Of a DNA stretch of 64,000 nt, positions 12,071 through 26,409 are shown piece by piece. Source of the stretch: Rhynchobatus australiae (taxonomy: Eukaryota); the NCBI GenBank assembly GCA_034780895.1, contig JAUZTB010000017.1:16905005-16969004 (forward strand). The letters are read 5' to 3'. Position 1 is the stretch's first letter, and each line of letters opens with the position of its first letter. The notes beneath the pieces are model-generated. The model had not been told where the DNA came from, searched no databases, and was given only the letters and a program-made list of their open reading frames with translations. The position numbers and the translations under genes were made by a program.

Positions 12071-13069
12071 CCTTTACACCAAACTAAAAATAAGAAAATT
12101 TGTGCTTTCTGGTTTGGAATCTCTCTTATTGCTTGCTTAGTTGGCTCACTGTGAAGAATTTTCTACCAAAATGGATCTCTAATAACAGTAAGTTGGGGCT
12201 CAGAAACCCACGTAATGTCCATGAACAGCTGTCAGCATTGTGAGTGGCAAGTGCCATTTCTTTGAAGCTGCCTGGAAAACCTGGCCAAACATCTTATCTT
12301 TATATTTCAGTTGCTTGGTCGCTAAATACAAAAATTTTGAAACTATTCCAAGTATTTAATAGGTACTAAAATGACTGAGAAATTATCTTGTGGAAAATGG
12401 TTTATTCTTAGCTGTGCAGAGCTGAGTTGGTATCATGCTAAAGCTGTGACTTTTTGTTAAAATCAATGAAAATACAGTTAATGATTGTATTACATTAGAT
12501 TAGAGCAGTGATAGCACTCATTTGCCAAATGACAGATCAAGGCTGATGGCTATAATATGACCTGCCTTCTAATTAATTTTTCTTGAAAAAGCCACACCTC
12601 AGACCTGACACTTCATTTTATGAAATACTGCAAGAAGATCTGATCCTTCTTAAGAGATCATTATCCAATAAAAGTGGCTCAGAACTTAAAAAAAGCCATC
12701 TACACAATTAGTAACAACCTTAGGAACCCTACTTGTAGTCTTTGTTACAGCTACATATTGTATACTTAATGATATTCCTTAGAATACCATTCATCAGAAT
12801 TATTTTTGTTGAAAGCCTCATGCCAACCAATGGTGGAAATAAAACCAGTGTCTAATGCATTCCTCCAAAATAAGCAAAACCTCCAAGACACATTCTCCTA
12901 AAATATCAATAGATATCACGATGTACATATATAAATGTGTCAATTTTGATATTGACCAACTGGGCATGTGGTACACAAAAATTATGCTAATAGTAATTTT
13001 AAGTAGTAAAAGAATTAAATACAATGTTGTCATTTCATAGAGTGCAAGAACTACCAGATTCTTTCCATA

Positions 13070-13740
13070 AACATAAAAACGTAAATAGGAATCAGGCCAT
13101 TTTATCCCTCCAACCTGCTCTGCCATTCAATAGGATCATGATTCATCTGATCTGGGGCTGAGTTCTACTTTCCTTTCTATAAGGAACAGAAAGGAACTCT
13201 GACCTTCCTTTAATACAGAAGCCTGCCTATCTTGTCCTTGAATACATCTCATTTCCTCCACTGTCCACTGTGACAGAGAATTCACCATCCTCAGAGAACA
13301 AACACCTCGTATCTGCCTTAAAACAGACAACTCCTTATTCAGAAATGATGCCCCCAGTTCAACACCCCTCTGCCAGTGTAAGCATCCTCTCAGCATTTAA
13401 CCTGTCAAGCCTTCTGGGAATCATATCTGTCTCACTCTTCAAAATTCTATTGATTATTGGCTCATTTAGTTCAACATGTCCGAATTAGACAATCTCTTCA
13501 AAGCAGAATCAGCCTAGTGGATCTTCCATTTATTAATTCACTGGTGTCATCTTATGAGAGACCAAAAATTACTTTACCTGCTTCCTTTTAATACACTCAC
13601 AGAGGTTCTTACAGTCTATTTTTATATTTGTTAGCTTAATCTCATAATCTATTCACTTCCTATATTTATTTTTTGTAACTTTCTAATATTTTGCCAATCA
13701 GTTGGGCTATTACTAATCACTGCAACATTGTATGTCTTCA
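13070..13740 (-). mobile_element. Decayed CR1 LINE 3' fragment(s)
   Basis: aggccatt...cctgctctgccattcaataggatcatg is the reverse complement of a CR1 3' UTR. The minus ORF VCSLRMVNSLSQ resembles the CR1 C-terminal FSQRVVNLWNSLPQ. Confidence 0.65.
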
Positions 13741-16700
13741 GACAAGAAGGGAAATAGATACAAATGATGTGCTGAGTAAATGGAATACATCATAGGTGGA
13801 CTTCTATCCTTTTTCTCTTGTTTGAAACAACCTCACATGGATACACTGCATAAAGTTACACTTTAGAAAAGCAAAAGGTGCTCATTACTTCTATAGTAAA
13901 CTAATCAGTGTAAATTCTTTGCCTATATTATTTAAAAGAACAAAATAATCTTTCGGGTTAATAACCCTTTATCAGAACCAGAAGATGTTAGAGATATTTG
14001 TGGTCATGGGTGAATCCAATACAGGAAAGGTGATATTTAAGCTGGAGCCCATGTGACATGAGTTGCAGCCAAAAGCAGTAGCTGTGAAAATACTGTGGCT
14101 GTGAAAATAAACTTACTGAAACACATGTCAAATACAAAAAAGAGATATAGATAGCAATGAAGGTGAACTGGGTAAAGATAGCAACAAAAATCATCCATAG
14201 CTGGATCTTTATCTTAATGCTTTTGTTTCGAACAACCTCAAATGTGCAGCAGAGTCAACCCAAATGAATGATGAATATACAGCCATAAAGAAATAGAGTC
14301 CTTGTTTTTTTGAAAACAATACTCAACACTTTTTGATCATGCCACAAACATAAAAGCAAAGATTTTACTTAAGCTGAAACCATAATAAAGCTTTAATAGA
14401 CAACATTTATAGAATTTAACAAGAAACATGCCTCAAAACCAACCATGCTTATAAACATGTGCCAAACTTTAGAAATCTTTTCAAACAAAAATAATAAAAC
14501 AGTTATTTCCAACCACTTTGAACTTAAGAAACTTAGATCACCACCTATTAATTTACATTGCCATCTTGTTGGCTGAAACAAAATCAATGCACTTTATACC
14601 TTCCTTTACCTTATGACAGGCCTCCTGAGATTTTGCTCGTTCTCTTAGAAAACTATTTATTTTAAACAGATTGGTGCCTCCATTAAAGACCAAAAATACA
14701 AAACTCACTAAATATTTTCACAAACTCAGGTTCAGGGCAGCTGCATTTTACATTTTAAGGCCAGAATGCAAAGGGGAAAAAAAAAATCAATCACAAATAT
14801 TTCAGTGGCCAAGGGGATTAAAACTCAATTTCCCATAAAACCTTAAATTTTCTCTACTTCTACTATCCAATTCAACTGAATTCAATAAAGAAGCAAAACC
14901 TGAAAGACATAGGAAGGATAGCAATAATTGCATTTATTCCAGTAAAATCATACTATATTTATTGAAATAAAATGCAACAGGCACAAAAATAACATACANN
15001 NNNNNNNNNNNNNNNNGCAACTATAATAAACGTATATTGAATGTTACAACTGCCGATTAAGTAAAATTCTGACATCCTCCAAAAGATTTTAAGTTTGTTA
15101 AATAAGTAGTAAAATTGCCCTTAGCTACAGGTAAAATGCAAGTTATGGTTGCTGTTCTATTAAATACACAAAACATTTGACAGTTTAAATGGTATTTTAT
15201 TTAAGTTGAAGGGTTTGGCTTCTTTCACTACAGCTGTCAATGGATAGCCTGGAGGCCTGCACAAGATCAATGACAAATGGTCTACAAAATCTGTGCAACC
15301 TCATTCTAAACTCAGCTAATTGGAAGAGTGTCACACATACCACAGTTGTATTTATTTCTGCTCACGTGCGATAAATTCCACCAGACTGTAATTTAGATAA
15401 AGATGCGCAATAATTTGGAATTTAATTAGAGCAGGCAAACTCTAAAGCTTTTAAGACAAGTCTGTGTCCTGCATAGACTTTATTTAAATCTAGAAACAAT
15501 CAAAGTACAAAATCCAGACATATATTTCTGTAACTATTTACTTGCTTTTGATCAGATTACTTCTAAATGGGCCTAATTGATTATGGAGTTCTGAAAAAAG
15601 ATGCTTGAATTACTGGAAAGATATAGTATAGTTGCAAGAAACTGACAGAATTCAGAAAGCAAGACAAAATAAAAGCCAATTATTTTCAAAAATATAGAGT
15701 TTTGTGACATATTAAATAACACTTAATATTCAATGAAATATTGAATAATAAAATAATTCTATTTCCTCGAAAAGATAATTCATGAAATACAGAAATACTG
15801 ATTAGCTGTGCATACATGTAAAATAAGCAAAATGCATCGACTGGTCACTCTAATGATTATGTTTTGAGACTCTGGTAGTTCCAGTTAAAATTCTAGGAAA
15901 AGTTGAGACTTGCAATGTGGGTTTTGTCTTCCAGTTTTCACTTAAGCTGTGACAAGATAGAGCTTCAACTCAGAGAATTCCTGAAAACAGCTTACAAAGT
16001 GAAGATTGCAATAACAGGTGCCTGGGACTAAATTATAGGCCAAACTGTCTTATGACCCCAGTATAAGGTCATGAGGAAATATACAGAGACTCTGGGGAGA
16101 AAATAATAATATTAAAAAATAAGTAAATGAGGTCTCTTTTGTAATGAACTACAGCTATATATAGACTTCCAATGGCTTTTTATGGTTCCGCATGACCAAT
16201 TGTTCTTTAACCTGCCTCTTCTAAGAGAATACTTCATTGGACAATCCATTCAAACACTGAAACAATTACCCTGATCCAGTTTAAAAAAACTCTTCTCCAT
16301 ACATAAATACTCTACTTTGTGCTGGAGTTCATTTTAAATCAGGAGCAACTCTTTCAAGTTACGTCCCTGTCTTGTCCACCCTGTTGCAATTTCTTGCCAC
16401 AATGCCAACAGCTGATATCTTCCCTATTTGACTATTCTTCTCAATCAAATGTATTTTATCATGAGATAAATGTGGAGGTGGATGGGAGGAAATCACAGCT
16501 AAATCTAATCCTGTACTTCCGCGGCCCCCCCCCCCCCCCAATTTACAGAAACATGCCCTTCCAGCAGAGATCAATTTATTAGGTCATGAAACTAATTGTA
16601 ACATCCCCAATATCACAACTGTTGTGACCAATTCCATATAGGTCAGGGACTGAACATAGCCTTTTCTGGACTGTAAGACAAAAGTGAGAGCACTCAGAAT

Positions 16701-18852
16701 AATTAATGACACTTAAAATAATGATTAATTCCTTGGCAGCTGTGAGCTGTCCACATTTGCTGCTCTTCTACCTGTGGGTCCACACTTAACTGAAGCAGAT
16801 CTTCAAGTTCAGTATCCTGAACAAAGTTAGCTCCAGTTAGGTTTAAAAGGCTCTGCACAGCGCAGGGCTTATTGCAAATGGTATCATATTGCAGTCTTTG
16901 AACAAACTCTGCCCATAGAAAGGTATTGACAGATGGTGAAGACATGCCTCCAGCTTAACTGTCTGTCAAATAGTTTGACATAATAGGGAAAATAACTACC
17001 AAAATCATTCCTGAATATTCAAAATCCCTTAAAAATTAATCACACTTAAAACAATTAAATGCATTCAAATTGACTCAATTTGTTCAAGAAATGTAAATCA
17101 CCTGAAACTTCCTACACATCCTCACAGTCATTCTACCTTACCGAACTAAACAAAGTCATTGAGTCTGTGCCAAGACCTGGGAGTAGGCTCATCAGAAACA
17201 GTTGGGGAATTACAAGACATTACCATTCCACCGTTGGACTCCAACATCTAATGTAGCTGTCAGGAAATGGCCAGCAAACATCTTTCAGGAAGTCTGCACA
17301 TCTGCATGGTAGTCCCAAACTTCCTGACAGTTACAAAAGGAAATGCCAGCAATTCTAGGCAGAATTTTCAACATTTCTCAGGAAAATCCAGGTCATTAAT
17401 CCAAAAAATTGATGGATATGCTGAAACAGTTCTTGCATTAACCTCTCCACCTAAGTGGTATAATGGTAGAAGTTTCACAGTTCAGTGGAAGGAAGGTAGT
17501 ATGAGCAGTTTAAAGCTATTTTTATTGAAAATAAGCTCCATTTCTCACTTTCCTTTGAAAAGGAATGTTTTCCTACAAGGCTTCCAATGTGAATGCCAAC
17601 TGAAAACTCTCAGCTATTGCAATGTTGACCTGTGAATATTTATCAACATAACAAGTTTCAAGTTTATTAAAATAATCTTGATAGTTATCTTTCTAATTGT
17701 ACACCATCATCATATTTAATAAAATACCCTTAATTCCTGAGATAAATCTGGACATAAATCATCATTAAGTGTGGGAAGAACATAAGCCCAAACAGTAATA
17801 CTCTAAAACTCCATTATATCCTTAGTGTTTTACAGCCCCCAAGTGCTTTGGAGGGATTATTATAGCCGACAAAACAGGAAGGGGAAAATTCATTGAAATG
17901 TTTTGAGAAACCTGTTGAAATTTCTCCACAAAAACTGGCAGTTTCTGGCAACTATGTGACATAATTCTGCTGTGTTTTTGTATCCTAAAATATATGGTTT
18001 TCGGCACCATGGCTCCATGAATCTCAGACCAAATCCAACACCTAAATTAACAACTGTTATTGACAATGTTAGTAACAATGACACTAAAGGTAATGCAAAC
18101 AAGTAAGAATAATGTAACATTAACCCCAGAAAAGGTGTTGAATTAGTTAAAGACTATATTTTAATTGGCAAGATATTAAACACTTCCAATCAGTGCTTAA
18201 CAACTAACAACCAATAAAATGTTGAACAATATATCCAAAATAGTAGACCTCCATTATTTGACTCCTCTGCATGCACATCAGCAAGACTATGAGTAGAATT
18301 CCTTGCTGGTTCACAACAGAGGTGACATACTGTTATGCTCAGAAGATGACAACTAATAGATATTGTAAATTTAACCAGTTCAAACCTGGAAGGAATCAGA
18401 TGTACAATAAGTTTATGGCTGCTGTCACTTTTGCAGGCATAGAGTCCTTACGTACCTAAATATTGGAATGTATTGGGCTGAGAGAACTGGAATCTTAAAC
18501 AATATTTGCCATCCCATAACCAGCATCCATGAATTGTATTATTTATGCTTTTCTATTGTGCTTTGGAAGGAGAATTTCTGAGTGGGATACAGTTCAGAAA
18601 TTATCTAGTCTGATGCAATTGACTAGAGCATATTGGGCCAATATAATTAGAGAAAGTATTGAGACTGAAGAGAAACATTTTTTGGTTGTAATAAAATAAT
18701 TAGTAATGGGAATAACACAATGTAGACAAATAATTTTGCAACATCGTTGTTTCCTCAATTTGTATATCCAGCACATATATATTCCTTTTTGTTTAAAATA
18801 ATGTTTGCTCAGAAATTTCTACCACAATATATCTGCCAACCACCATGTCAAA

Positions 18853-19488
18853 TTGAACTAATCAGACAGCGAAGGTTATCAAAAATTACAAGAGGATTTT
18901 GATCAGCTGGGTAAGTGGACCAAGGATTGGCAAATGGCTTTCAATTCAGCTAAGTGCGAAGTGTTGCACTTTGAGAAGTCAAACCAGGGTACGATTTATA
19001 CAGTGAATGGCCAGGTCCTGGGCAGAGTTGTGGAACAGAGGGACAAAGGAGTACAAACATAGTTTGCTGAAAGTGGCATCACAGGTAGACAGGGTGGTGA
19101 AGAAGGTGTCTGGCAAGCTGGCCATCATCAATCAGGGCAATGAGTAGAGGGGTTGAGTCGTTATCTTGCAAGACACTGGTGAGATCGCATTTGGAGTATT
19201 GTGAACAGTCTTGGTTGCCCTATTATAGGAGGGACATCATTAAACTGGAAAGAGTGCAAAGAAGATTTATGAGGATGCTGCCAGGATTCACAGGCCTAAG
19301 TTATAGGGAGAGGTTGGGCAAGCTAAGACTTTATTCTTGGGAATTTAGGAGATTGAGGGGTGATTTTACAGAAGTGTATAAAATTATGATGAGTATAGAC
19401 AGGGTGAACGCACATAGTCTTTTTCCCAGGAATGGGGAACTAAAAATTACTGGGCATAGGTTCAAAGTGAGAGGTGAAAATTTTGAAT
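18853..19488 (+). mobile_element. CR1 LINE fragment (ORF2 C-terminal region)
   Basis: KTLVRSHLEYCEQSWLPYYRRDIIKLERVQRRFMRMLPG...RRLRGDFTEVYKIM...GHRFKVRG are typical CR1 motifs. Confidence 0.9.
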
Positions 19489-20190
19489 CCAATTTACCAA
19501 GTCACGATGGATCCCATGTGCTTTAATCCTCTGGATCAGTCTACCATGAGGGACCTTGTAAAATGCCTTACTAAGGTCCATGTAAACAACATCCACGCCC
19601 TACCCTCTGAAATTGTCACCTCCTCAAAAAACTCAATCAGGTTTGTGAGACATGACCTTCCCTGCACAAAGCAATGCTGACTATCCTTAATAAGGCCATG
19701 TTTTTCCAGACATGAGTAAATCCTATCCATGAGAAACTTCTTGAATAATTTCCCTGCCACTTATGTAAAGCTCATTGATCTATAATTTGCTGTATTATCC
19801 CTATTGCCCTTCTTAAACAAAGGAACAACACCAGCTATTCTCTATTCCTCTGGGACCTCACTTGTGGCTAAAGAGGATATAAAGATCTCTCTCAAGGACC
19901 CAGTAATCTCCTCTCTCATCTCCCTCAATAACCTGGATAGATCCCAACAGGCCCTGGAACTTATCCACCATAATGCCCTTCAGGATACCCAACTCCCCCT
20001 CCTCGACACCAACATGCCTTAGAATATCAGCATAACTGTCCCTGATCTCACTATCCTCCAAGTCCTTCTCCTTGGTGAATACCGATGTGAAGTACTCATT
20101 TAGTATTTCACCCACCTCCTCTGGCTCCAGGCATAAATGTCTTCCCTAACTGGTCCTACCCTTTCCCTAGCTGTATGTATGCAAAATGCC
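19489..20190 (-). mobile_element. CR1 LINE fragment (RT N-terminal region), inverted
   Basis: Minus ORFs contain GEILNEYFTSVFTKE and LIKDSQHCFVQGRSCLTNLIEFFEEVT. Confidence 0.9.
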
Positions 20191-20379
20191 TTGGATAGAG
20201 AATTCAAGAATCATCAACATGAACATCAAAAAAAATGGATCTTAGGTGTTATTTCCAAATAAATAGTAGGGAAAGGCAGCACAGGCAATAACAAATAAAA
20301 CAGAAGTTAGGACAATTTGTCAGGAAGCTCCTCATACAAGCTGACTAAAAGTGTTCCAGACAAGGTGCTGGAGGAAAAG

Positions 20380-20655
20380 TGGAACATCAGATGATGCTGC
20401 TGCTTTACAGCTCCTGGAATCTGGGCTTGATCCTGACATCAGATGCTGTTCATGCAGGATTGTGTGTTCTCTCTATAACCATGTAGGCTTCTTCCTAGTG
20501 TTCTGGCTTCTTTCCACATCCCAAATACATGGTTAATTGTCTGCTATGAATTACTACAGAGTGCAAGTTAATGATAAAAAGGAATCAAAGGGGAAATCGA
20601 TGGGCTTGTGTGTGAGGATAAGTTGCAGGGGTACAAGGAAGTAAAGGGTGAAACT
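20380..20655 (+). mobile_element. Decayed V-SINE
   Basis: tgctgctgctttacagctcc...gggcttgatcctgac...tgttctctct...ttccacatcccaaa...ggttaattg, similar to 8876-9380. Confidence 0.6.
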
Positions 20656-22110
20656 GGGACTAATTGGAGAATGGCAAATGTTGTTCCATTGTTCAAGAAA
20701 GGTAAAAGGGATAATCCCGGGAATTATAGACCAGTTAGTCTTACATCAGTGGTGGGCAAGGTATAGGAGAGGATTCTTAGGGACAAGATTTATGAGCATT
20801 TGGAGATGCATAGTCTTATAAGGGATAGTCAACATGGCTTTATTAAGTGCAGGTCGCACCTCCCAAGCCTAATAGATTTTTTTGAGGAAGAGACAAGATG
20901 GATTGATGAAGGCAAAGCGGTGGATGTGGTATATATGGATTTTAGCAAGGCATTTGACAAGGTTACGCATAGTAGGCTCATCCAGAAGGTCATGAAGTAT
21001 GGAATCCATGGAAAATTGGCTGTGTGGATTTGGAATTGGATTGCTCACAGAAGGCAGAGGATGGTTGTAAGAAGGGGAGTATTTGACCTGGAGGTCGGTG
21101 ACTAGTGACGCTACGCAGGGATCTGTTCTGGGACCCCTGCTCTTTGTGAGTTTTATAAATGACTTGGATGAAGATGTGGAAGGGCAGGTTAGTAAGTTTG
21201 TAGATGACATGAAGGTTGGTGGTGTAGTGGATAGTGTAGAAGGTTGTCATAGGTTGCAGTGGGATATTGACCTGATGCAGAGCTGGGCAGAGAAGTTGCT
21301 GATGGAAGTCCATCTGGAAAAGTGTGAAGTGATATACTTTGGATGATCTAACTTGAAGGCAGAGTATATTGTACACTGTACAGAGTACAGAGACAGAGTT
21401 AATGACAGCATTCTTAGCAGTGTGGAGGAACAGACAGATCTTGGGCTTCTACTACATAGATTCCTCAAAGTTGCCGCTCAAGTTGATAGGGTAGTATAAA
21501 AAGCATGAGATGTGCTGGCCTTCATTAGCTCAAGAGAAGAGAGGTAATATTGCAGCTCTATAAGATCCTGGTTGTGTCACATCTGGAATATTGTGTTCAG
21601 TTCCGGTTGCCAAATTATAGGAAGGATATGAAAGCTTTGGAGGTGCAGAGGAGATTTACAAGCATGCTGCCTGGATTGGAGAACATGTCTCATGAGGAAA
21701 GGCTGAGCAAGTTAGGGCTTTTCTCCTTGGAGAGACAGAGGATGAGAGGAGACTTGATAGAGTTATATAAGATGAGTGGACAGCCAGCATCTTTTCCCCA
21801 GGGTGGTAATGGCTAATAGTAGAGGTCACCCATTTAAGGTGCATGGAGGAAAGTTCAGGGGGGATGTCAGAGGTAGGTTTTGTTTTACACAGAGAGTAGT
21901 GGGTGCCTAGAATGCACTGCCAGGGGAGGTAGGGGTGGTTGGGGCTGATACGATAGGGTCATTTAAAAGACTCTTGGATAGGTACACGGATGAAAGAAAA
22001 ATAGAGGATAGAGGGTTATGGGAGGTGAAGTAGAGTGGGAGATAGATAGAATGTGGACCCAACATCGTGGGCTGAAGGGCCTATACTGTGCTGTACTGTT
22101 TCATGTTCTA
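20656..22110 (+). mobile_element. 5'-truncated CR1 LINE (RT through 3' UTR), inactivated
   Basis: SQHGF, VDVVYMDFSKAFDKV, QGSVLGPLLF, SKFVDDMK and HLEYCVQF motifs with stops and frameshifts; 3' end gggctgaagggcct...ctgtgctgtactgtttcatgttcta. Confidence 0.93.
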
Positions 22111-22589
22111 ATGAGATTGCTGCCTAGGAGTCCTTTTCAGTCTCTTTCAGTCTCATTGGATGCATAAGTCTTTGACTTCCACCTTTGGTGGCACATGGAT
22201 GGGTGTCCTAAAATTAGTTTAGATGGCTGAAAATTGGTAATTTTGAACTGGAACCAGCTCAGAAGATTTGTCCATTTTATTTTTATAATCACTCTTTCAG
22301 TCCATTTCCTCCAGAAAAGAAATCCAAAAAAAATTATGGTCTGAATCTTGAGATCATTGAGACCAGACAACATTGAGCCTCGAGTTAAAAGTAACAAGTG
22401 ATTGTCATGCCACATATTGTTGGACAAAGGTTATCCTCAGCAGGAGAGTGTCCAAACATTCACCTCCTAACACCCCATCGCAACACCAAAAGATCAGAAT
22501 ATGGATATTCTGCAGTATTTGCTTACAATCCAATCCACTAAAAGGTTTTCCCACCTTTACTACTTCTAAAGCAGAGGTATAATGGAATT

Positions 22590-22990
22590 GCCTTGATTTG
22601 CTTGTACCTACGCAGCTCTGACAACACTTAAGAGGCTAAGTGTCATCTAGAGTAATGCAGCCCATTTATTCAGCATCTCATCCACTACCTTGAACATTTA
22701 CTCCCTCCTTCATTGCTGTAATGACTACAGTGGGTGCTATCACAAAATACACAGCAGCTCCTCGCCATACATTCTTCAACAATGCTTCTGGAAACTCATG
22801 ACCCACTTTTAGCACCAATAAGTAACAAGGGCAGCAGGTAAACTGCTATATGCAGGTTTCATAACTTGGACATATTTCACCCTTCTTTGTTGTTTGGCAT
22901 AATCTGGGACCGGGACAGAGGGAGAAGCTTCGCCACCAAGAGCAATATGGATAAACAATCCTGGCCTTGCCATCAATACCCACATCCAAT
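22590..22990 (+). mobile_element. Old CR1-group LINE 3' fragment of a different family
   Basis: gcagctctgacaacacttaagaggcta...actaccttgaacatttactccctc translates to AALTTLKRL...TTLNIYSL, followed by a tail ggccttgccatcaatacccacatcc. Confidence 0.55.
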
Positions 22991-24018
22991 AACTTGTTAA
23001 GAGAATAACTCTCCTAAGATCTTCTGTGGGATTTTACATGGAATTTACAATCACAGGGAGTCTGGAAACACTGTAGTGTCATCTGCAGGTGGTATGCAGA
23101 CAAGGCAAGCAAAAGCACAGCTCTCAGTACATCTCTGAAGAAGGTTTACCAAGGCTTGCAGATTTTAAATCAAGAAATGCGTGTCAAAGTACTGAATTTA
23201 GTGCAATATAACATAACATACATTTTACAAAAGTAATTTTTCAGAGCAGGAGAAATTTTTAGTAGTGATTAAGACTAATCACATCATTAAAAATTGACTT
23301 ACACTTGAATGGGCTAGCCGAACTTTTCTTGGCAAGTTCAGTGGATATCAGTGAGTAAATACTTCAGCTTCACCCTTCATACTTCTAACGTCAATTCTCT
23401 TATGAGGTATATGTGCAATGAAGCTTATCGAGATGCAGAGAAAAAGTAGACAGCAAATTTCTGATTTCTATTACGTAATGGCACAAGTAGAGATACCCGG
23501 AGTTGTTGTTCAATTAACTTCAGAAAAAGTGAGAGCTGACGGCCTCATTGTTATCTCTACTGCACAATCTGAGCCTATGCTATTATATGCAAGATGTTCC
23601 AAATCCCACTGCTGTGAAGGGTAATGACGGGTCAATTACATTCAACTGTTATAGCTGCACATAAACCATACAAAGCACATTTTTTAACCACAGACATGTC
23701 TTCTCTTTAAGTATAATACTAAAACAAACTGCATTTGTAAAACTCTGGATGCTTATTTCCCTTTATCAAATGCTCAGTTCATGACTAGGAACATACATCT
23801 TAAATGTACTTGTGTGATTCAGTTGAGTTGAATATAGAATATATGAAGTCTTAGTAAGTTTACCCAAAGGACTGGTGGATCAGCTTACTAATGGCAATAA
23901 AATCAACATAAATTTGGTAGTAAAATGGAAGGTATATATTCAGGGTTTTAAAATCTATTATCATGTTAGCAAGGATCCATTTCATCCTGGACCTTAGAAA
24001 GATTAGTAACTTTGAGCA

Positions 24019-24313
24019 GGCACGGTAGTGTAGCAGTTAGCACAATACTGTTACAGCTCCAGCGACCCAGGTTCAATTCCGGTCACTGTCTGTAAGGAGT
24101 TTGTACATTCTCCCCATGTCTGTGTGGGTTTCCTCCGGGTGTTCCGGTTTCCTCCTGCATTCCAAAGTAGTACAGGTTAGGAAGTTTTGGGCATGCTACG
24201 TTGGCACCGGAAGCACGGCAGCACTTGTGGACCACCCCCCAGAACACTCTATGCAAAAGATGTATTTCACTGTGTGTTTCGATGTACATGTGACTAATAA
24301 AGATATCTTATCT
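24019..24313 (+). mobile_element. Relatively young tRNA-derived SINE
   Basis: A box (tagtgtagcagttagc), B box (ggttcaattcc), V-domain-like ggtttcctcc and tail aataaagatatcttatctt; second copy at 27295-27590. Confidence 0.88.
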
Positions 24314-25144
24314 TGGTTGAGGATTCAATCTAAACCTTTTGACAATGTTTGGATTTTAAGTGCACAACACAAAAAGCAAAGATTCAATGATACTGAGCAG
24401 AAAGTGTTATTTAATGCTACAAAAGCAGTACTATTTAACATTACCTATCACGTGTTGGTTAGTAAATGTTGTAATTTATTGCTCTTTATAAACAGAATTT
24501 TCAGAGCAAAATTTATCTCTAAATCTGTTTAATACATATAGAAAAGAAAGAATAAAGTTCTAGGTAAGAAAAGGGTAGGTTGGTTAGAGTACAGGTCATT
24601 TCAGTACCAAGTACCCAGTATCAAAAGAAGTGAAGGGACTTGTCTGGATGAGCTGAACAGCTTCTATCATTTATTTTCCCCATTCATATAGACACTGAGA
24701 TGACAATTACATCTATTAATAAAATTAAACTTAATATTCTGATCAAAAGTATTCCTGAAGTTTATATTTTCCAGACTTTTTTGTGCCTATCAAGGTGTTA
24801 ACACTAGGAAATCATGCTCATTTTCATTCTCAATATTGGGATTGATATCAAATCTTTCAATTTCAAAATATTAAAATTTCAACGCCTAGAGAATTTTGCT
24901 TTGGAAAATTCATTTTTCATAATACTGTAATATCACTTAAAATAGCATCTTTCCTGAACTCTGGCAAGTACCTTTTCATCTTCCCAATATCCTTGGACCA
25001 TTTTGTGCCTGCAAATTAATTGTCAATTTGTGAGCAATTTTGTACTGTGGATTATACCCTCTCAGAAATGGATATGGACTCACCCAATTCAGTTCAGGTG
25101 GTATTTGTGCAAAAGGCAGAAACAAGAAACTACTTCTTATCACC

Positions 25145-26045
25145 TGTGTCCCCTACTCTACTACCCATGACTACATGGCCAGATTCTACTCCAACTTCAT
25201 CTACAAGTTTGCATATGATACCACCGTAGTGGGCTGTATCTCAAATAACGATGAGTCGGAGTTCAGGAAGGATACAGAGAGATTAGTGACAATGAAGTCA
25301 TGACAACCTTTCCCTCAATGTCAGCACAACAAAACAGTTGGTCATTGGCTTCAGGAAGGGGGACTGTGCACAGGCTCCTGTGTACATCAACGATGCTGAA
25401 GTCAAGAGGGTTGAGAGCTTCAGGTTCCTAGGATAGAACATCACCAATAGCCTCTCCATGTATATGCCATGGCCAAGAAAGCTACCAGCTCCTCTACTTC
25501 CTCAGGAAGCTAAAGAAATTTGGCATGTCTCCTTTGATACTCACCAACTTTTATTGATACACCACAGAAAGCATCCTATTTGGATGCATCACGGTACGAC
25601 AACTGGTCTGCACGGGACCGCAAGAAACTGCAGAGATTTGTGGATAGAGCCCAGCACATCACGGAAACCAGGATCCCTTCCCTGGACTCTGTCTATACTT
25701 CCCATTGCCTCGGAAACACAGCCAGCATAATCAAAGACCCCACCCACCCTGGACATTCTCCCTTCTCGCCTCTCCCATCAGGCAGAAGATACAAAACCTG
25801 AAAGCACGTACCACCTGACTCAATCCTGCTGTTATAAGGCTATTGAACAGTTCTCTAGTATGATAAAATGGACTCTTGACCTCACCATTTACCTCGTTAT
25901 GACCTTGCACCTTGTTGTCTACCTGCACTGCACTTTCTCTGTAGCTGTGACACATTATTCTGCATTCTGTATTTTTACCTTGACTATCTCAGTACACTGT
26001 GTAATGAATTGATCTGTATGAACAGTATGCAAGACAAGTTTTTCA
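25145..26045 (+). mobile_element. 5'-truncated Rex1/Babar-like LINE (RT C-terminus plus 3' UTR)
   Basis: IYKFAYDTTVVGCISNNDESE (decayed KFADD) and ASIIKDPTHPGHSPFSPLPSGRRY are Rex1-type motifs. Confidence 0.88.
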
Positions 26046-26409
26046 TTCTACTTTGGTACAAGTGACAATAATAAACCAATTCAATACTTTCCTAGATGTT
26101 GTCAGCATCCAAAAGTACACTGAAAGTCTTTCCACATGTTTGATTTTTCAATGTGCCAATGACAATGCAAATCAGAGGCAATGTTCTAATGTTCTTTTAA
26201 TGTTCTAGTGTACAAAACTGGGAAGGCCAATGGACGGAAGAAGGCTCTGAAATATTGAAGAGTTCTATACCTCCAAAAATTAAGAAAGCAAGCAGAGTCA
26301 ACTCCAGATATCAATCAGCAAAATACCTTTCGTGAAACCACTGTGTCTGAATCAGCGACTGAGATCACACTGGCCAAGGAGGACAAATTGGTTCACTGAG
26401 ACAGAGCTG

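Noticed and set aside
20656-22110. Active reverse transcriptase gene
   Set aside because: Multiple stops and frameshifts and a 5' truncation make it a dead CR1 copy.
24019-24090. tRNA gene (A and B boxes)
   Set aside because: It is a SINE head that continues into a SINE body and is repeated at 27295; no complete cloverleaf was evident.
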